Shown: positions 13,962 to 31,309, numbered from the stretch's first letter. The stretch is 64,000 nucleotides of DNA from Eledone cirrhosa (GCA_964016885.1 OZ024743.1:74462001-74526000); one strand, 5' to 3'. The notes: generated by a model from the letters alone, not told the origin. Program-made: numbers and translations.

Positions 13962-14105
<144 letters not shown>

Positions 14106-14377
14106 TAGATAGATGGCTTTCCTGATAATTTCTTTTGAAAGAAACAGAGAAACAGTTCTAAACCTGCAGAAGCCATTTTTATATTAAACATGATATATAC
14201 CTCTCTATATATAATAAAAGGACGATTTGTTAACCCTTCATTGCATTTATTGATTGGTGACGCGCGTTTCGCTATTGATCAGCTCAAGGTTCGATCTGTA
14301 TCAATCTGGCCCGACTCTGGAATAAAAAAACTCGTCGGACCTCTGTTGTAGTATCCTGATATATATATATATATAAA

Positions 14378-14427
<50 letters not shown>

Positions 14428-14921
14428 GATAGATCCAGTTTCAAACAAGTTAGACCACTACTCAACAGAGTACTCGATACTTGGGGTTGTTGAGTATGAC
14501 TATATTATAAAGAGTCGGAACCTGGTATATACAGATAGTTCCGGAACAACCTGTTGAGACGCCAATAGCTCGGCTGTTTGGTCCCGATTCATTATAATAT
14601 ATATTCGAATGAAACAGTTCTAGTCCTGTACAAGCTATTTCTATATTAAATTTTGTATATACTCTACTAATGTAATGCGCACCTTACTTTCTGGGGTTAA
14701 CCCCGATTGAACCCGGGACTCATATATACATATGTAAATATGTTATACCGTATTTCCCAGTGTCGAAGACGCTATTTGTTTTCCTAAAATAAGTCTCCAA
14801 AATCTACCATGCGTCCATATATATATAAGAAAATGTTTGAACCGACGGCAGAGCTTAAGCCGTTTCGACAGCTATTTCTGGTGGGTTATGGTTCATCTGG
14901 TTCCTTACCACACCCACTTCG

Positions 14922-16774
<1,853 letters not shown>

Positions 16775-16807
16775 TACATGAATCAAAGTTCTGTTTAAAT
16801 CATTTAT

Positions 16808-16856
16808 TTGCTTACAATTGTTTCTTCCAAACCGAGGTTTGGAGTCTTCGGAGCAA
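16808..16856 (-). ncRNA. Type I hammerhead, U4C core
   Basis: Mirror of 17955-18003. Confidence 0.75.
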
Positions 16857-17954
16857 TTATTCAGTGATTTTTTACATACTTGACTACCCTAGTGATATTT
16901 AACTTTGCCATGCAATCAGACATGCAATGACCCAGAGCTTACCAGGAGTCATATATAGAAGTTATTCTAATAAGACCCTGCCAGGTTCTGCGGGTGGACT
17001 ACACTTACAAAGATCATTGATTTGGAGATCTGACTCTTCATGTAGAATATTCGGTTGTGGCACTCTATGATAGAATGTAATCATCCTAATATGAACACCT
17101 TTAGTACTTCTTGATAGACTACACTGTAATTTATAGATAAGATACTTAAATTTAGAAATTGTTTATAACCTTATATGATAGGGACTCATTTGAGACACCA
17201 TTAATGTACTTTAGGATAATAAATTTAGCTATAGAAATCAGCTAGTTACCTCCCCTTACGCATTAACTACCCTTAATCACACACACACTTCCGGAATATA
17301 ATACGATGTCAACTCTCACAACAAAAACAACCTGCTCTATAGAATCGAATTAGAGAACGACAAGCTGTGATGTTCTAGCATGGTTCACCAGGCACCCAAT
17401 GTTGAATCATAGTGGATTGTGTGATGGACATGTAGTCTATAAATTGCGTTTCCTGGATTGTGAGAGTGGTGGTGTGTGCGAGGAGAGTGGTGCTGTTTTG
17501 CTTCTCATTTGTAATATTTTTGATATTTTTGGTGTTTCTCTACACACGGGCTTCTATATTGTACAGGTGTGTGTGAAAAATGCTTTACCAGTACATCCCC
17601 CATGATGCTCTTGATTGCCTGCTTTGACTGCTTGTTTTACATGTAACAATTTGCCGCACTATAATCTTGTATAAATAGGACACGCGTGCATGCCTCACGT
17701 GTGACTGTTGCATACACTGGCTACTCCAAACTTTCCTCTTGCTTTATCTCCGTAAACTGCCAATGTTTTATTTTAATTTTAATTTTAATTTTAACTTTAA
17801 TTTTGTCCTTTAATATGACTGTAATCTTTGTATGTAAATTGCCATGCTCTATTATTATAATGGATGTCAACCCACTGTGGGTCAATATATACATATGTTT
17901 CTATATGTCTCTTGTGTTGAAAAGGAGGTCAACTATGCAAAAATCACTGAATAA

Positions 17955-18003
17955 TTGCTCCGAAGACTCCAAACCTCGGTTTGGAAGAAACAATTGTAAG
18001 CAA
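17955..18003 (+). ncRNA. Type I hammerhead, U4C core
   Basis: TTGCT-CCGAAGA-c-TCCAAACC(tc)GGTTTGGA-a-GAAA-caattg-TA-AGCAA. Confidence 0.78.
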
Positions 18004-18511
18004 ATAAATTATTTAAACAGAACTTTGATTCATGTAATTTCTATATAACTGCTCTGTAAAACAACTGATGTTGTTACATTGAGCTATTTATCTTACTGGT
18101 AATAAGATAGTAATAAATTACTGTATTTCACTATTTAGGGTTTAAAATATATATAACTATAAAAGGTTTTAGTATATACATAACCATAAATAGTATCCTT
18201 AATACTATATATATATATATATAAAGTTTACGTGAAATAGTCTTTTTCAAGACTATACAGAGCATTTGTAGTTGTCCCAAATTGAAGGATGAGTATTTTA
18301 AACTTTATTTTATCATGAGTTAAGGCTCTATTGATTTTTCCCTGGATTTCACTAAATTCTGTTGGATAAATCTATATCCTGATTCTTTTGAATTGGGTTT
18401 GAATTATTTTTCCCACATCTTACGTTAACTATTTTCCCATTTTTACGCTATATTCACTTATATATTATGGAATACTGTTGGCTTCTTGCTACAATTCTTT
18501 CTATAACTTTC

Positions 18512-18646
<135 letters not shown>

Positions 18647-18667
18647 TATGTATATATATATATAAGT

Positions 18668-18846
18668 TTATCCCGGGTTCAATCGGAGGTAACCACAGTA
18701 AGTATGGTATTCAATACAAAGCAGAGTATAAATATTTAATATAGAAAAGGCTTCTACAGGACTAGAACTGTTTCATTCGGGAGAAATAATCAGGAAGCCT
18801 TCCTGATGATTTCTCCCGAATGAAACAGTTCTAGTCCTGTAGAAAC

Positions 18847-18852
<6 letters not shown>
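18668..18852. mobile_element. Small fold-back unit with hammerhead core; tail on the left; relative at ~14605-14720
   Basis: Arms 18745-18797 and 18799-18852; CTGATGA-tTTC(tccc)GAAt-GAAA at 18803. Confidence 0.65.
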
Positions 18853-18877
<25 letters not shown>

Positions 18878-18884
<7 letters not shown>

Positions 18885-19300
18885 GAATTCCAATTTTGTC
18901 TGATTTACTCGTTTTATTTACAATCCTTTAAAATGTATAATGGTATTATAATGAAATAGTATGATAGAATATTAAATGTTAAGTGTTAATTGAACAAGTA
19001 CTTTCATGCTTTCGCAATCTTCAGGTTCATAATGTGTGGTGACAGTCAAGTTTGCAATTTTCAACTGTTGAAAATTGCAAACTTGACTGTCACCACACAT
19101 TATGAACCTGAAGATTGCGAAAGCATGAAAGTACTTGTTCAATTAACACTTAACATTTAATATTCTATCATACTATTTCATTATAATACCATTATACATT
19201 TTAAAGGATTGTAAATAAAACGAGTAAATCAGACAAAATTGGAATTCCTTTTATTAATATAATCTTCTATACACAATCATACACACCCGTGTATATTTAT
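18878..19300. mobile_element. Near-perfect ~375-bp palindrome (centre 19066) plus 3' tail; hammerheads at 18991-19029 (-) and 19103-19141 (+)
   Basis: Arm-to-arm complementarity read directly; same motif as 12075. Confidence 0.88.
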
Positions 19301-19313
19301 CTATCTATCTCTC

Positions 19314-19420
<107 letters not shown>

Positions 19421-19551
19421 AATGGTAGCTATGATGCTTCCATAGGCGGTACGCCAGTTGACCACTCTATGTTCTTACATATATGTATATCTATATATAT
19501 ATAAATAAAATAACAGGAGGCTGGACTGGTGTAAATCCTTGAAGGTTTATT

Positions 19552-19609
19552 ATACTATGATCATTTCAATGACCGGGTTCCATATGAATCCGGTGATATC
19601 ATCAGGTAT
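19552..19609 (-). ncRNA. Type I hammerhead ribozyme
   Basis: ATAC-CTGATGA-helix II-GAAA-tgatca-TA-GTAT. Confidence 0.75.
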
Positions 19610-19824
19610 TGGAATATAACAAAGGAATATCTAAAAAAGCATGGCTCCGAAAAATCAGAGACAGAGACAAAGAGGACGACTGACCAACTAGCTGCTTTCA
19701 CCTCGGCCAGTCGCCCTCAAAATGATGGCAACTCAATCTACTAATGACCATCATTATGTCGATAAAATAAAGTACCAGTAATGCACTGGGTATTTGCTGG
19801 CCTTGTGCCTAAAGTAGAAACAAT

Positions 19825-19860
<36 letters not shown>

Positions 19861-20039
19861 ACAGACAAGGAAAAATACACATATGTTACTACGGAATATT
19901 AAAAAAGGATACATACACACATAGAAATAAATGGTGAGAGACGAACACACAGACACATGAAGTGATGTAGAGATAGTGAGTGTAAGAGACATACACATCT
20001 ATACGGTATAGAGAGTTAGAAGAGAGCGTAGTTTAGGTC

Positions 20040-20595
20040 TAGTGTGTTCTGGACGGGAAAGTGTTATAGTGTGTGGGCGAAAGTTGTGTTGGGTGTGTGT
20101 ATGTTGGGTGTGTGGGCGAAAGTTGTGTTGGGTGTGTGTTGTGTGTGTGTTGGGTGTGTGTTGGATGTGTGTTGGGTTTGTGTTGGATGTGTGTTGGGTG
20201 TGTGTTGCAGGTGTAAGGGGCGTGTAGGAGTGTGTAAGGCATGTGTAGGGTGTGTGTAGGAGTGTGTGTTGTGTGTGTGTTGGGTGTGTGTTGGGTGTGT
20301 GTTGCAGGTGTAAGGGGTGTGTAGTGTGTGTGTAGGAGTGTGTAAGGGATGTGTAGGGTGTGCGTAGGGTGTGTTGGGTGTGTGTTGGGTGTGAGTTGGA
20401 TTTGTGTTGTGTGTGTGTGTTGTGTATGTTGAGTGTGTGTTGGGTGTGTGTTGGGTGTGTGTAGGAGTGTGTAAGGGATGTGTAGGGTGTGCGTAGGGTG
20501 TGTGTTGGGTGTGTGTTGGGGATATGTGTAAGGGATGTGTGTATGAGTGTGTAGGAGTGTGGTGGGTGTGTAACGGATGTGTGGGATGTGTGTTA
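20040..20595. repeat. GT-rich degenerate tandem repeat (GTGTGTTGG-like)
   Basis: Direct reading. Confidence 0.9.
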
Positions 20596-20675
20596 TTACG
20601 TAGAATTCTGTTGTTTAGAATTGATTGTTTGTTCTGATTGTCATGACAGCCGTCATAACGAAGCAATATCACCGA

Positions 20676-20676
20676 T

Positions 20677-20714
<38 letters not shown>

Positions 20715-21000
20715 TATCATCACCATCACAATCGTAATCACCATCACCATCACCATGAGCAGCAGCAGCATCATTATCATTATCATCATCATCATCACCA
20801 CCATCATCATCATCACCATCATCATCATCACCATCATTATCATCAACATTATAACCACCACCACCACAAACTTTATCATCATCATCATGAACATCATGAT
20901 CAACATCATCATCCTCACCGCCACCACTATCATCATAATAATCGCCATCATCATCATCATTGTAACCACCAGCACAATCATTATTATCATCATCATCATT
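20676..21000. repeat. (CAT/CAC)n microsatellite; another at ~31205-31385
   Basis: Direct reading. Confidence 0.92.
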
Positions 21001-21126
21001 ATATATATCTTATAACTAGTATTTTATATAACCAATTAAGACTACTATAACACTAACCCTAACAATTATTCTCGTATCTTCACATTTATTAAACAATACA
21101 GACAGAAAGACACGCACAGATGTACT

Positions 21127-21159
<33 letters not shown>

Positions 21160-21264
21160 GTATGTATATATATATATATATATAAATGAAAGGTATAGAA
21201 AGTATTGAAGCAAGAAGCCAACAGTATTCCATAATATATGGAATATATATATATATATATAATA

Positions 21265-21790
21265 TAAAATAAAGTTAAATAAAAGTCAAATGATTAAAAT
21301 TTAGCTTCGTTTATTACTGCTACATATATTTCAGTGACAGCCATCTTTGGCTGTGATCTCTTCAGACAGTTTGAATCAGTATGGTATAGACAAGTACATA
21401 TGTTGTTTAGGTGTATGATATTGTCAATACTCTGATATGCCCAGTTCCTTGTTGGGTTGTTAATTCACTGAGGAACTGGAATCATATGACTCCAGTTCCT
21501 CAGTAAATTAACAACCCAACCAGGAACTGGGCATATCAGAGTATTGACAATATTATACACCTAAACAACATATGTACTTGTCTATACCATACTAATTCAA
21601 ACTGTCTGAAGAGATCACAGCCAAAGATGGCTGTCACTGAAATATATGTAGCAGTAATAAACGAAGCTAAATTTTAATCATTTAACTTTTATTTAACTTT
21701 ATTTTACACTACTCCGGAGTAGCCAAACCAACCTGAGCACTTCGTCGAGTGCTCCAGCCTGCATACTGAGGTGTTGGTATACAACCAACA
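21265..21790. mobile_element. 442-bp palindrome (centre ~21485) plus tail; hammerheads at 21316-21370 (-) and 21601-21655 (+)
   Basis: ACTGT-CTGAAGA-..ACAGCCA(aaga)TGGCTGT..-GAAA-tatatg-TA-GCAGT; flanked by (TA)n. Confidence 0.88.
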
Positions 21791-21794
21791 TATA

Positions 21795-21865
<71 letters not shown>

Positions 21866-22419
21866 TGGCTGCCAACTCGTTTTCGATTACGGCCACTACT
21901 TTATATCCATGTAGGAGAACCCCTACCGATGCGCTGAACGAATGTGACTTTTTAGTCCAGCCAGCGACTTGAAAACTCTGGTACAAAGACTACACTTGTG
22001 ACAATTATTGACACATAGTGCTGGGCTCATGGTACCATGTGATGACAAGTGCAGAGAGATCTCCAGATATAAAGCAATGCCTGTGCCGTGAAGCTTTTAT
22101 AGTGAGCAAAGGCACTGCACAAAGCCAGTCCCACTCTCTTAACCAAGATGATATTTACCAAAAAGAAGAACAAGTCAACATCATTGGATACCATCAGGGT
22201 TGCAGGTGTTATATCAGAGTTTTCCTTCTCCTAGAATTCTGACTTGACAAAGGCTAAGGGGTCATCTCTCCCGGTATATATATATATATACATATATATA
22301 TACATACATATAAATACATATATATGTATGTATATATATATATGTATGTACGTATATATATTTATATATATATTTATATATATATATATATAAATATATA
22401 CATATATATATATACATAC

Positions 22420-22557
<138 letters not shown>

Positions 22558-22558
22558 G

Positions 22559-23244
<686 letters not shown>

Positions 23245-23944
23245 TTACTATATATATATATGTATGTGTGTGTGTGTTTACTATATATATATATATATAT
23301 ATATAATTAGTCACAACAGTGACACATGCAGGTACTTATCTTACGTTGGGTTATAAACCCCAACTCATTCAGCCTGTTATAAAGAAAGATGGCTACTACC
23401 ACAGTTGAATGTTTATATATATGTATCTGTGTGTGTGTATGTGTGTGTGTGTGGGTGTGTGTGTGTATTGAATAATGAAAATAATATAGAATTCGGTTAA
23501 TTAGTTCATTATTTTACGCTCATTTCATACGGTTGATTGATCATGGTAGATCGATATATCGACAGGTAGCGGTTATGTTTCTACTCTCAAAATCACTGAT
23601 CACAATTGAGTTATAACAACGTTATCATTAAAAGGTGCGTGTGACAGGCAAGCAGAAAACAACACAGCAAAACGATGCACTATAATGAAGATATATATCA
23701 CCTTTACGTTTCATGTAGTAGGAAAAGAATGTTAACGTTTCGAACGTTAGTCCTTCATCAGAAGATAGAATGAGAAATAAAAGAAGAAATAAAGAGTGAG
23801 AAGAGTAAGAAACGGAAATAAAATGTTTGGAGAATATTCCTAAAACTATTTTTGAGAATATATATTTCTTCAATTTTCTATGGATTGTCGAAGTAGTTTG
23901 TTGAAAGAGATACATTTTATTATAGAAAGCATTATTTCTTCAAA

Positions 23945-24835
23945 GGGCGCTGGATTGGCAGTATCGGTAGAGAGTCGGACGCCATGCTTTAGAGCAAGAG
24001 TTACGGCCCTTTATCGTCTGAATTCAAATCCTGCCAAGGTTAACTTTGCCTTTCATCCTTACGGGATCGATAAAATAAAGTACCAGTAATACACTGGGAT
24101 AATTGCTGGCCATGTGTCAAAAGTAGAAACAATTATTTCTTCAAACATATTCCGTTCTGCTTTCAAATTCTCTTCTGGCCTAAATGTGCGATAGACTTAA
24201 TCCACCTCCTGGTTTAACACCATCATCTAACCATGGGTTACCCTTAGTTGTATCCGCCCTATTAAAAGTCTTCTGACCCAGTCTCCAGTTTGACGGGGAA
24301 TTACTTCCTGCTACTAGTCTTGCAGGTATATATGTATACAAACATATCCACACAGAGGCATATGTATTTTCATAGAGCAACATGTCTATGGTCAGGTAAA
24401 TTCACACACACACACACACACATACACACACACACACACACACACAGTAGAAATAGGGTCAGGAGGAATGAGCCAAGTTATTTCAGTTCTTCATTTTTTT
24501 TTTCACATACCGAACAAATAGTTTATTAATAATTGTTTCTACTATTGGCACAAGGCCAGCAATTACCCAGTACATTACTGGTACTTTATTTTATCGATCC
24601 CGTAAGGTTGAAAGGCAAAGTTAACATCGGCGGGATTTGAACTCAGAATAGCAAAGGACGTAACTCTATGCGTCAAAGCATGGCGTCCGACCGTCTACCG
24701 ATACTGGCACAATGCCAGTAATTTTGGTGGGAGGGGAAAGTTGATTAAATCAACGCCAGTACATTACTGGTACTTTATTTTATCGACCCCGTAAGAATGA
24801 AAAGCAAAGTTAACCTAGGCAGGATTTGAACTCAG
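23945..24835. mobile_element. SINE family A copies: 23945-24138 (+), 24528-24705 (-), 24703-24835 (-)
   Basis: Same consensus as the 7593 copies. Confidence 0.85.
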
Positions 24836-25099
24836 TCATACACAACACATTACAACACACAGCAAACCCCCAGTTTTACATATCAAAGTCAGCTTGGTGC
24901 AAGTAATTGCAAGTGAAAAGTTATACATATAGGTATTAAATTAAAAAAATCTAAACATCCTAGAACTAAAGTGCCCAGCAGAGGGCACAAATAAACCGGT
25001 ACGGCCGTCGCTGGTGCCCCCCCCCCCCCCCCACACACACACTATAGGGAACCCGGGGCGATTTCCTCCTTTGTGTGTGTGTGTATGTGTGTGTGTGTG

Positions 25100-25340
25100 T
25101 GACAGCTCACACCGATGCAGATTTAGCTGGCCTCCTCCAATGTATATCTCGTTGGCGTGTCTTGGGTAATTTAATGATAGGGATCCCAGTCCTATCATCT
25201 CATTTCTACAGCTGAGTAAACTGGAGCAATGTGAAATAAAGTGTCTTGCTCAAGGAAACAACACATCACCCCCTCCAAGAATTGAACTCCAAACCTTAGA
25301 TTGGAAGCCCAATGCTTTAACCACTAAGCCATGCGCCTTC
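25100..25340 (-). mobile_element. tRNA-derived SINE family B (also 33188-33428 +, 38745-38986 -, 40350-40591 -)
   Basis: GGCGCATGGCTTAGTGG A-box, GAGTTCAATTC B-box, CCTTGAGCAAGACACTTTATTTCAC body. Confidence 0.85.
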
Positions 25341-26689
25341 ACAATTTCCCCCTTTGCCCCTCATTAAATCCGGACCTGGGTAAAATGCTATTCCAGGATC
25401 GTAGTTATTTTTCTCTTATAATGTTTAACTTCGTTTTTATCCAACTCAGCAATTCTATGTGCCAACTATCTGAGCTGTTAATAGTTGTCAATCGGCATAC
25501 TTAACCCTTTCAAAGCTTTAAATTATTTATAGTTTATAAACTTTAGATTATACATTTATAAACATGATGTATATAGGAAAAGGTGAACAGAACCACATAC
25601 GGAATTCAAACCATGCATCTGTCGCAAACCTGACAACCACGTTATGCTTGTAAAAGTAAAATTTAAAGGTTGTATTCTATTTCGACGTCAACAATAAAAT
25701 GTTGTTTAGTTAATGGTATGAGATGAACGATATATCATGTTTTGTCCGAAATAATATTTTAATGTTTCGTCAATAGTGATATTGGATACGACGTTCCAAT
25801 ATACAAATTCTGAGCAACAAAGAGCAGAATGTTAATACATAACAAAGAAAATATTTCACTTGTAACAAAATACAGAATATTGGACATTTACAAAATCATG
25901 TTTGAAGTTATTCAGACAAATAATACATGATAACTATATATGTGAAAATATTTACATGAAAAGAAAACGTATGGAGTATATATATGTGTAAGTTTATGTT
26001 TGTATGTGTGCTCATTCAAATTATCTCACAGTGGGAGAGAAGGAAAGAGAGGAAAGACAGTGTACGAGACAATGTGAGGGAACTTAGCAATCGGCCACTT
26101 GAGGCCAGTTAAATTCCCTCTGCTTAAATCTTGATACGTTCAGCTTTGTATAGCTTCAATTTACCGCCTTTAAATCTGAAGACGCCAAAATGATTCAAAT
26201 AAGAGAATGTTGTGACGTCTATATAGGTTTGTATGTGGCATAAAGAGAAGGAAGAGATAAGGAATTCAGTTGGGAGAGGTAAATATCATAAATTCATAAC
26301 CGTTTACTTCATATGATTATGTTGCGGGGTAGTTTCTGTCATAAATACAAAGAAATTCCATTATGTTACACGACTATTTTAGACAACGCTGTTACGGTCA
26401 CTTCGTTTGTTGATTAAATGGCAACTAAAAGACTCGTGATATTCGTGAGAGACATGAGGAATTAATCAATGTTAACATAACAAGTATGACGTTTATCAGT
26501 ACTAATTTGTTAGCTGAATTATTTCAGTGCCGCTTTGCAGTAATCAGTAAAGCAGTCATCCGATCTATGACAGAGATGGTGATCGACTTCCGTAGGCAGT
26601 TCTCGTCATTTTTTCTATTTTCAACCTTGTTTATAAATATATCATTTCAAGCATATGCTATATCAGAAAATTGCAATTGTTTGCGTGTA

Positions 26690-27999
26690 CAGGGTGTCTA
26701 TACAGTCTCTTTACAATTTAAAACAAATTATTACAAAAACAAATGAAAAGACAAATATGTTAAAATTGTATTTAAACAAGGAGTAGATATTTAAGTATTT
26801 TTTAATTAATCTAATACACCTCTATATTGGCACCATTGGTTGCACGAAGGACATCAAGACGGTACTAGATTTCTTGCCATGTTTGCTGTAGCATGGCCTC
26901 ATCAATGGTGGCAATAGCATCAGTGATCTTTTACTTTAGATCAGTGATATATCGTATCTTTGTTCGATACACGATATCTTTAACATAACCCCATAGAAAG
27001 AAGTCCAGGGGAGTGATATCTGGTGAACTAGGTGGTCAGGGAAATGAGCCATCCCTTCCAATCCACCGGTCTGGAAATGTTTGATTTAGGAACGAACATG
27101 TAGTTCCCAATGTGGTGGTGCAGCAACTTGCTGGAAAATGATTGTTGGTTGAAGGTCATCTAGTTGTGGTGCCACATATTCAGTCAAACTGTCAAGGTAA
27201 ACATTTGCAGTAATTGATGTCTCGTTGAAGAAAAATGAATCAATGATTTGATTGAACATGATCCCACACCACACATTCACCTTTGGACTATCTCAGTGAA
27301 GTTCCCTAGTCACGTGGGGGTGTTCTGATCCCCTGATTCTCACATTAGTGGCGTTCAGTTTTCCTGAAACAGGAAAGCTTGCCTCATCACTAAAACATCC
27401 TCAGAAATTCGTTCCAGCATGTCAACTGCAAACTCTTTTCGTCTTGGTTTAACATTTCGCTCGATGGCCTGTAAGAGTTGTACTTTGTAAGCATACAATC
27501 ATAAGTTCTTGTGTAGGACTTTCTGTACTGTTGAACATGGCAGCTGTAATTGTCTGGCAGCAGTAAGGATGGACTTTGTAGGAGAACGCTGAAAGTCTTG
27601 TCTTACACGATCGATGTTTTCCTATATTTTTGGTCGTCCAGTCCTCCCTTTATCCAACACTGTCCTTGTCTCCATAAATTTCTTGTGCCATGCACAAATT
27701 GATGGACGTAGCGGTGGATCTCTTCCATACTTAGTTTTGTAGTTTCGCTGAGTCTGAGTATCCGATTTTGTTTCAATAATCCATGACACACATCGTGGCT
27801 TTTCTTGGCGAGTAGCCATTCTTAGGGGTTCATTTAACAGTACCTCTTTCATCAACAGGATATGCACAAATGCACAAATGCAATGTGATTAAAACCTTTG
27901 ATAACTACTGAGTAGATAAAACAAATCTGATTAAGATATCTCATCAATTGCTTTTGTAATATATTTTTTAAATTGTAAAGAGACTTTATGGACACTCTG
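26690..27999 (-). mobile_element. Full-length decayed Tc1/mariner-superfamily transposon, probably DD41D (rosa-like)
   Basis: TIRs CAGGGTGTC.AT..AGTCTCTTTACAATTT with TA on both sides. Confidence 0.9.
26811..27819 (-). pseudogene. Transposase pseudogene
   Basis: MATRQEKPRCVSW..HTH..GRTGRP; FSDEA; NVWCGI; FQQ(V)AAPPHW; RWIGRDG; SPDITPLDFFLWGYVKD; ends ATNGANIEVY*; about 41 residues between the 2nd and 3rd catalytic positions after frameshift repair. Confidence 0.88.
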
Positions 28000-28047
28000 T
28001 ATATTTAATACATGTTCTTCTATTCCTATGTGTATATATATTTCATT

Positions 28048-28675
28048 TGAGGACGAAGTATGGCCGAACGACTAAGAAGTTCTCTTTTCAATCACCAGGT
28101 CCCGAGTTCATTAGCACTGCATGTAATTTTGAGCAAGTGTCATCTACTACAACATTGACTCGATCCATCTCTTGTGACTGAAATTTGGAAGGTGGATGAA
28201 ATGTACTTGTACCTGGTCACACAATATGTCACGCTGAATCTTCCTGAGAGTTTCGTTCACGGTACACTTAACTCCTGCATGCTTAACCAACTACACGTTC
28301 ATTTTACGAGAAAGATGTTCCGTTGATCGAACATTTGCGTTTCCCATGTTCCTATTTGAGCGTGGCTTTGTTGTTAGGGTATCTGGCTTACAATCGTAAG
28401 GTTGTGAGTTCGATTCCCGGTGGTGCGTTGTGTCCTTGAGCCAGACACTTTATTTCACGTTGCTCCAGTCCATTCGGCTGGCAAAAAGGAGTTGTGCCTG
28501 AAGTTCGAATAACCAGCCTTGTCACATTCTGTGTCACGCTGAATCTCCCTGAGAACTACGTTAAGAGTACTCGTGTCTGTGGAATGCTCAGCCACATGCA
28601 CGTTAATTTCATGAGCAGGCTATTCCGTTGATCGGATCAACTGAACACTCGTCGTTGTAACTGACGGAGTGTCTC
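28048..28675 (+). mobile_element. Two tRNA-derived SINEs sharing a TGTCACGCTGAATCTCCCTGAGAAC 3' part
   Basis: B-boxes GAGTTCATT and GAGTTCGATTCC; 28225-28330 resembles 28530-28635. Confidence 0.75.
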
Positions 28676-28807
28676 CTGTTTGTTTTTCACAATTGTAACT
28701 GATTTCCTCATTATAACAAATGATCTATTGTGAAATAATACATAGTTGGCTCATATGGCGCCATTTTAAAACTAGACACTTTCTCTAATTTCAAATTGTT
28801 GTTAATA

Positions 28808-30270
28808 TTGGTTTCTGATTAAGGCCTTAGGCCAACTATTTTGGGGGAGAGTAATGTCGATTAAATCGACCCAGTGCATTACTGTTACTTTATTTTATCG
28901 ACCCAGTAAGGATGAAAGGCAAAGCTAACTTCAGCAGGATTTGAACTCAGATCGTAAAGGGCAGTAACCCTATGCTATAAAGCATGTTGTCCGGCGCTCT
29001 ACCGATACTGCTAATCCTCCACCCTAATGTTCACCATAATATTAATAAATATTTCTAACGCTAGAAATGTAGTGGGGAGGACTCAGCTGATTACACTAAC
29101 CTACGTATTTCACTGGTACTTTATGAAGTTTGGAAGGATGAAAGCCAAATAAAGAGCCAATGAGATTTGAAATCAGAATGATAAGAGCAATAACGGTTTC
29201 TACTTTTGGCACAAGGCCAGCAATTCCCCAGTGCATTACTGGTACTTTATTTTATCGACCCCGTAAGGATGAAAGGCAAAGTTAACCTCGGCAGAATTTG
29301 AATTCAGACCGTAAAGGGACGTAATTCTATGCTGCAAAGCTTAGATAAGAGCAATAACAAAAACAGTAAGGTGTTTATGCCCGAAATACAGTAATAATAA
29401 TAATGTTTTTTTAATAATAATGTCCGAAATACAACAATGGTTTCTTATATAGGCACGAGGCCAGCAATTTTTTTTTTTTGGGGGGGGGGGCGATTAAATC
29501 GACCCCAGTGCGTGACTAGTACTTTATTTCATCGACCCTGTAAGGATGAAAGGCAAAGTTAACCTCGGCGGGATTTGAACTCAGATCATAAAGGGTTGTA
29601 ACTCTATGCTGCAAAGCATGGCGTCCGACCTTCTATCCTAATAATAATTTGCCCAAATAATAATTGTTTCTACTTTTGGCACAAGGCCAGCAATTACCCA
29701 GTAGATTACTGGTACTTTATTTTATCGACCCCGTAAGGATGAAAGGCAAAGTTAACCTCGGCGGGATTTGAACTCAGAATGACAAGGGCCGTAATTTGCC
29801 CAAATAATAATAATGGTTATTATTGTTGTTATTATTATTATTAGGTCGGTAGATTGGCAGAATTAATAGAGCGTCGGACATTCTTTGATGCATAGAGTTA
29901 CAGCCCTTTACGGTCTGATTTCAAATCTCGCCGAGGTTAACTTTCCTTTTCATCCTTACGGGGTTCGATAAAGTAAAGTACCAGTCACGCACTGGGGTCG
30001 ATTTAATCGACTTCCCCTCCCCAAAAATTGCTGGCCTTGTGCCTACATAAGAAATTATTATTAGGGCGATAGATTTAGCGTCGGACATTCCTTAAGGCAT
30101 AGAGTTACAGCCTTTTACGTTCTGTGTTCAAATCCCGCCGAGGTTAACTTTCCCGTTCATCCTTACGGGAGGGGTCGATAAAATAAAGTACCAGTAATAC
30201 ACTGTGGTAGATCTAATCAACTTTCCCCTCGCCCAAATTTGTTGGTCTTGTGCCTAAATCCAAAAGCATT
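28808..30270. mobile_element. Cluster of at least 6 SINE family A copies (4 minus, then 2 plus)
   Basis: Repeated ACTGGTACTTTATTTTATCGACCCCGTAAGGATGAAAGGC and its reverse complement. Confidence 0.88.
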
Positions 30271-31265
30271 ATAGTTGATGTTATTACAATCCTATTCTCG
30301 TTCTATAACACAGCCAGTCAGTTTACCAAATTATACAAAAATCATATCTCCCCAGGAAACAGAAAATATTGCTTGCTGATGTTTTATAAAGTTTTATAAA
30401 GTTTTGTCGCTTTGATTGATTGTATCTGTGGGAAAACAGAAAAATGCAACAGTTTTATACTGCAGACCAAACATTTGTATGCATCGTGTATTTATATTTT
30501 ATACGTACGTGAATACAAAGTTTTCAATAAATGCTAGGAGATATCATTGAAATATATGAAAATATTTAATTTCCCTTGATATTTAAGCTTAAAAACAGTA
30601 TATCACGAGAAGAATCTGTATCGATTCTTCAGAAATATTAATATTAATCAACGGGCTGCCCAAAGTGAAAAGCTTGTTTTTCAAGAGCCGATAATTGTTG
30701 AAGAGTGTCTTTTAGGAAACGGCTGTTACTGACATATGGCATCACAGCAATCTCAGAACAGTGATCATCACAGATAACCCAAGGCCATTTTATACAGTGA
30801 TGGATGAGGTATAAAATACGTCAGCTATCTTGCAACATATAATATGGATTTACTGCTTAATCGAACCCAAGACAGTAATATTTTCTACGTGACTAAATTT
30901 TAAGATTTAACACTCCAATATAGTATTGTTTGGACTCGGGATAAAATTGTCTTGTGTTAATTTTAAATAGTTTAAGAAGAGGAACATTTTATTATTTTTG
31001 ACTTTTGTTATTCATTTTTCTATCATATTTTCTAAACTTTTTGTTTTAATTTTGATTTCCTTCCACACTTTTTCTTCGTCGCCATCTTCTTTCTTCCTTC
31101 ACCATGTCATCTGTGTGAAGATACTCATATTGTTATCATCGTTATCATTAGCATCCGTGTTAGATTCATATTCAAATTATAATAATTATTTATTATTATG
31201 TTTATTATCACAATCACCATCATCATAATCACCATCATCATCATCATCATCATCAGCAGCATCAT

Positions 31266-31309
<44 letters not shown>

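Noticed and set aside
30717-30809. Possible 93-nt exon AG|ETAVTDIW...VMDE|GT
   Set aside because: Weak splice signals, no recognisable homology and no partner exons
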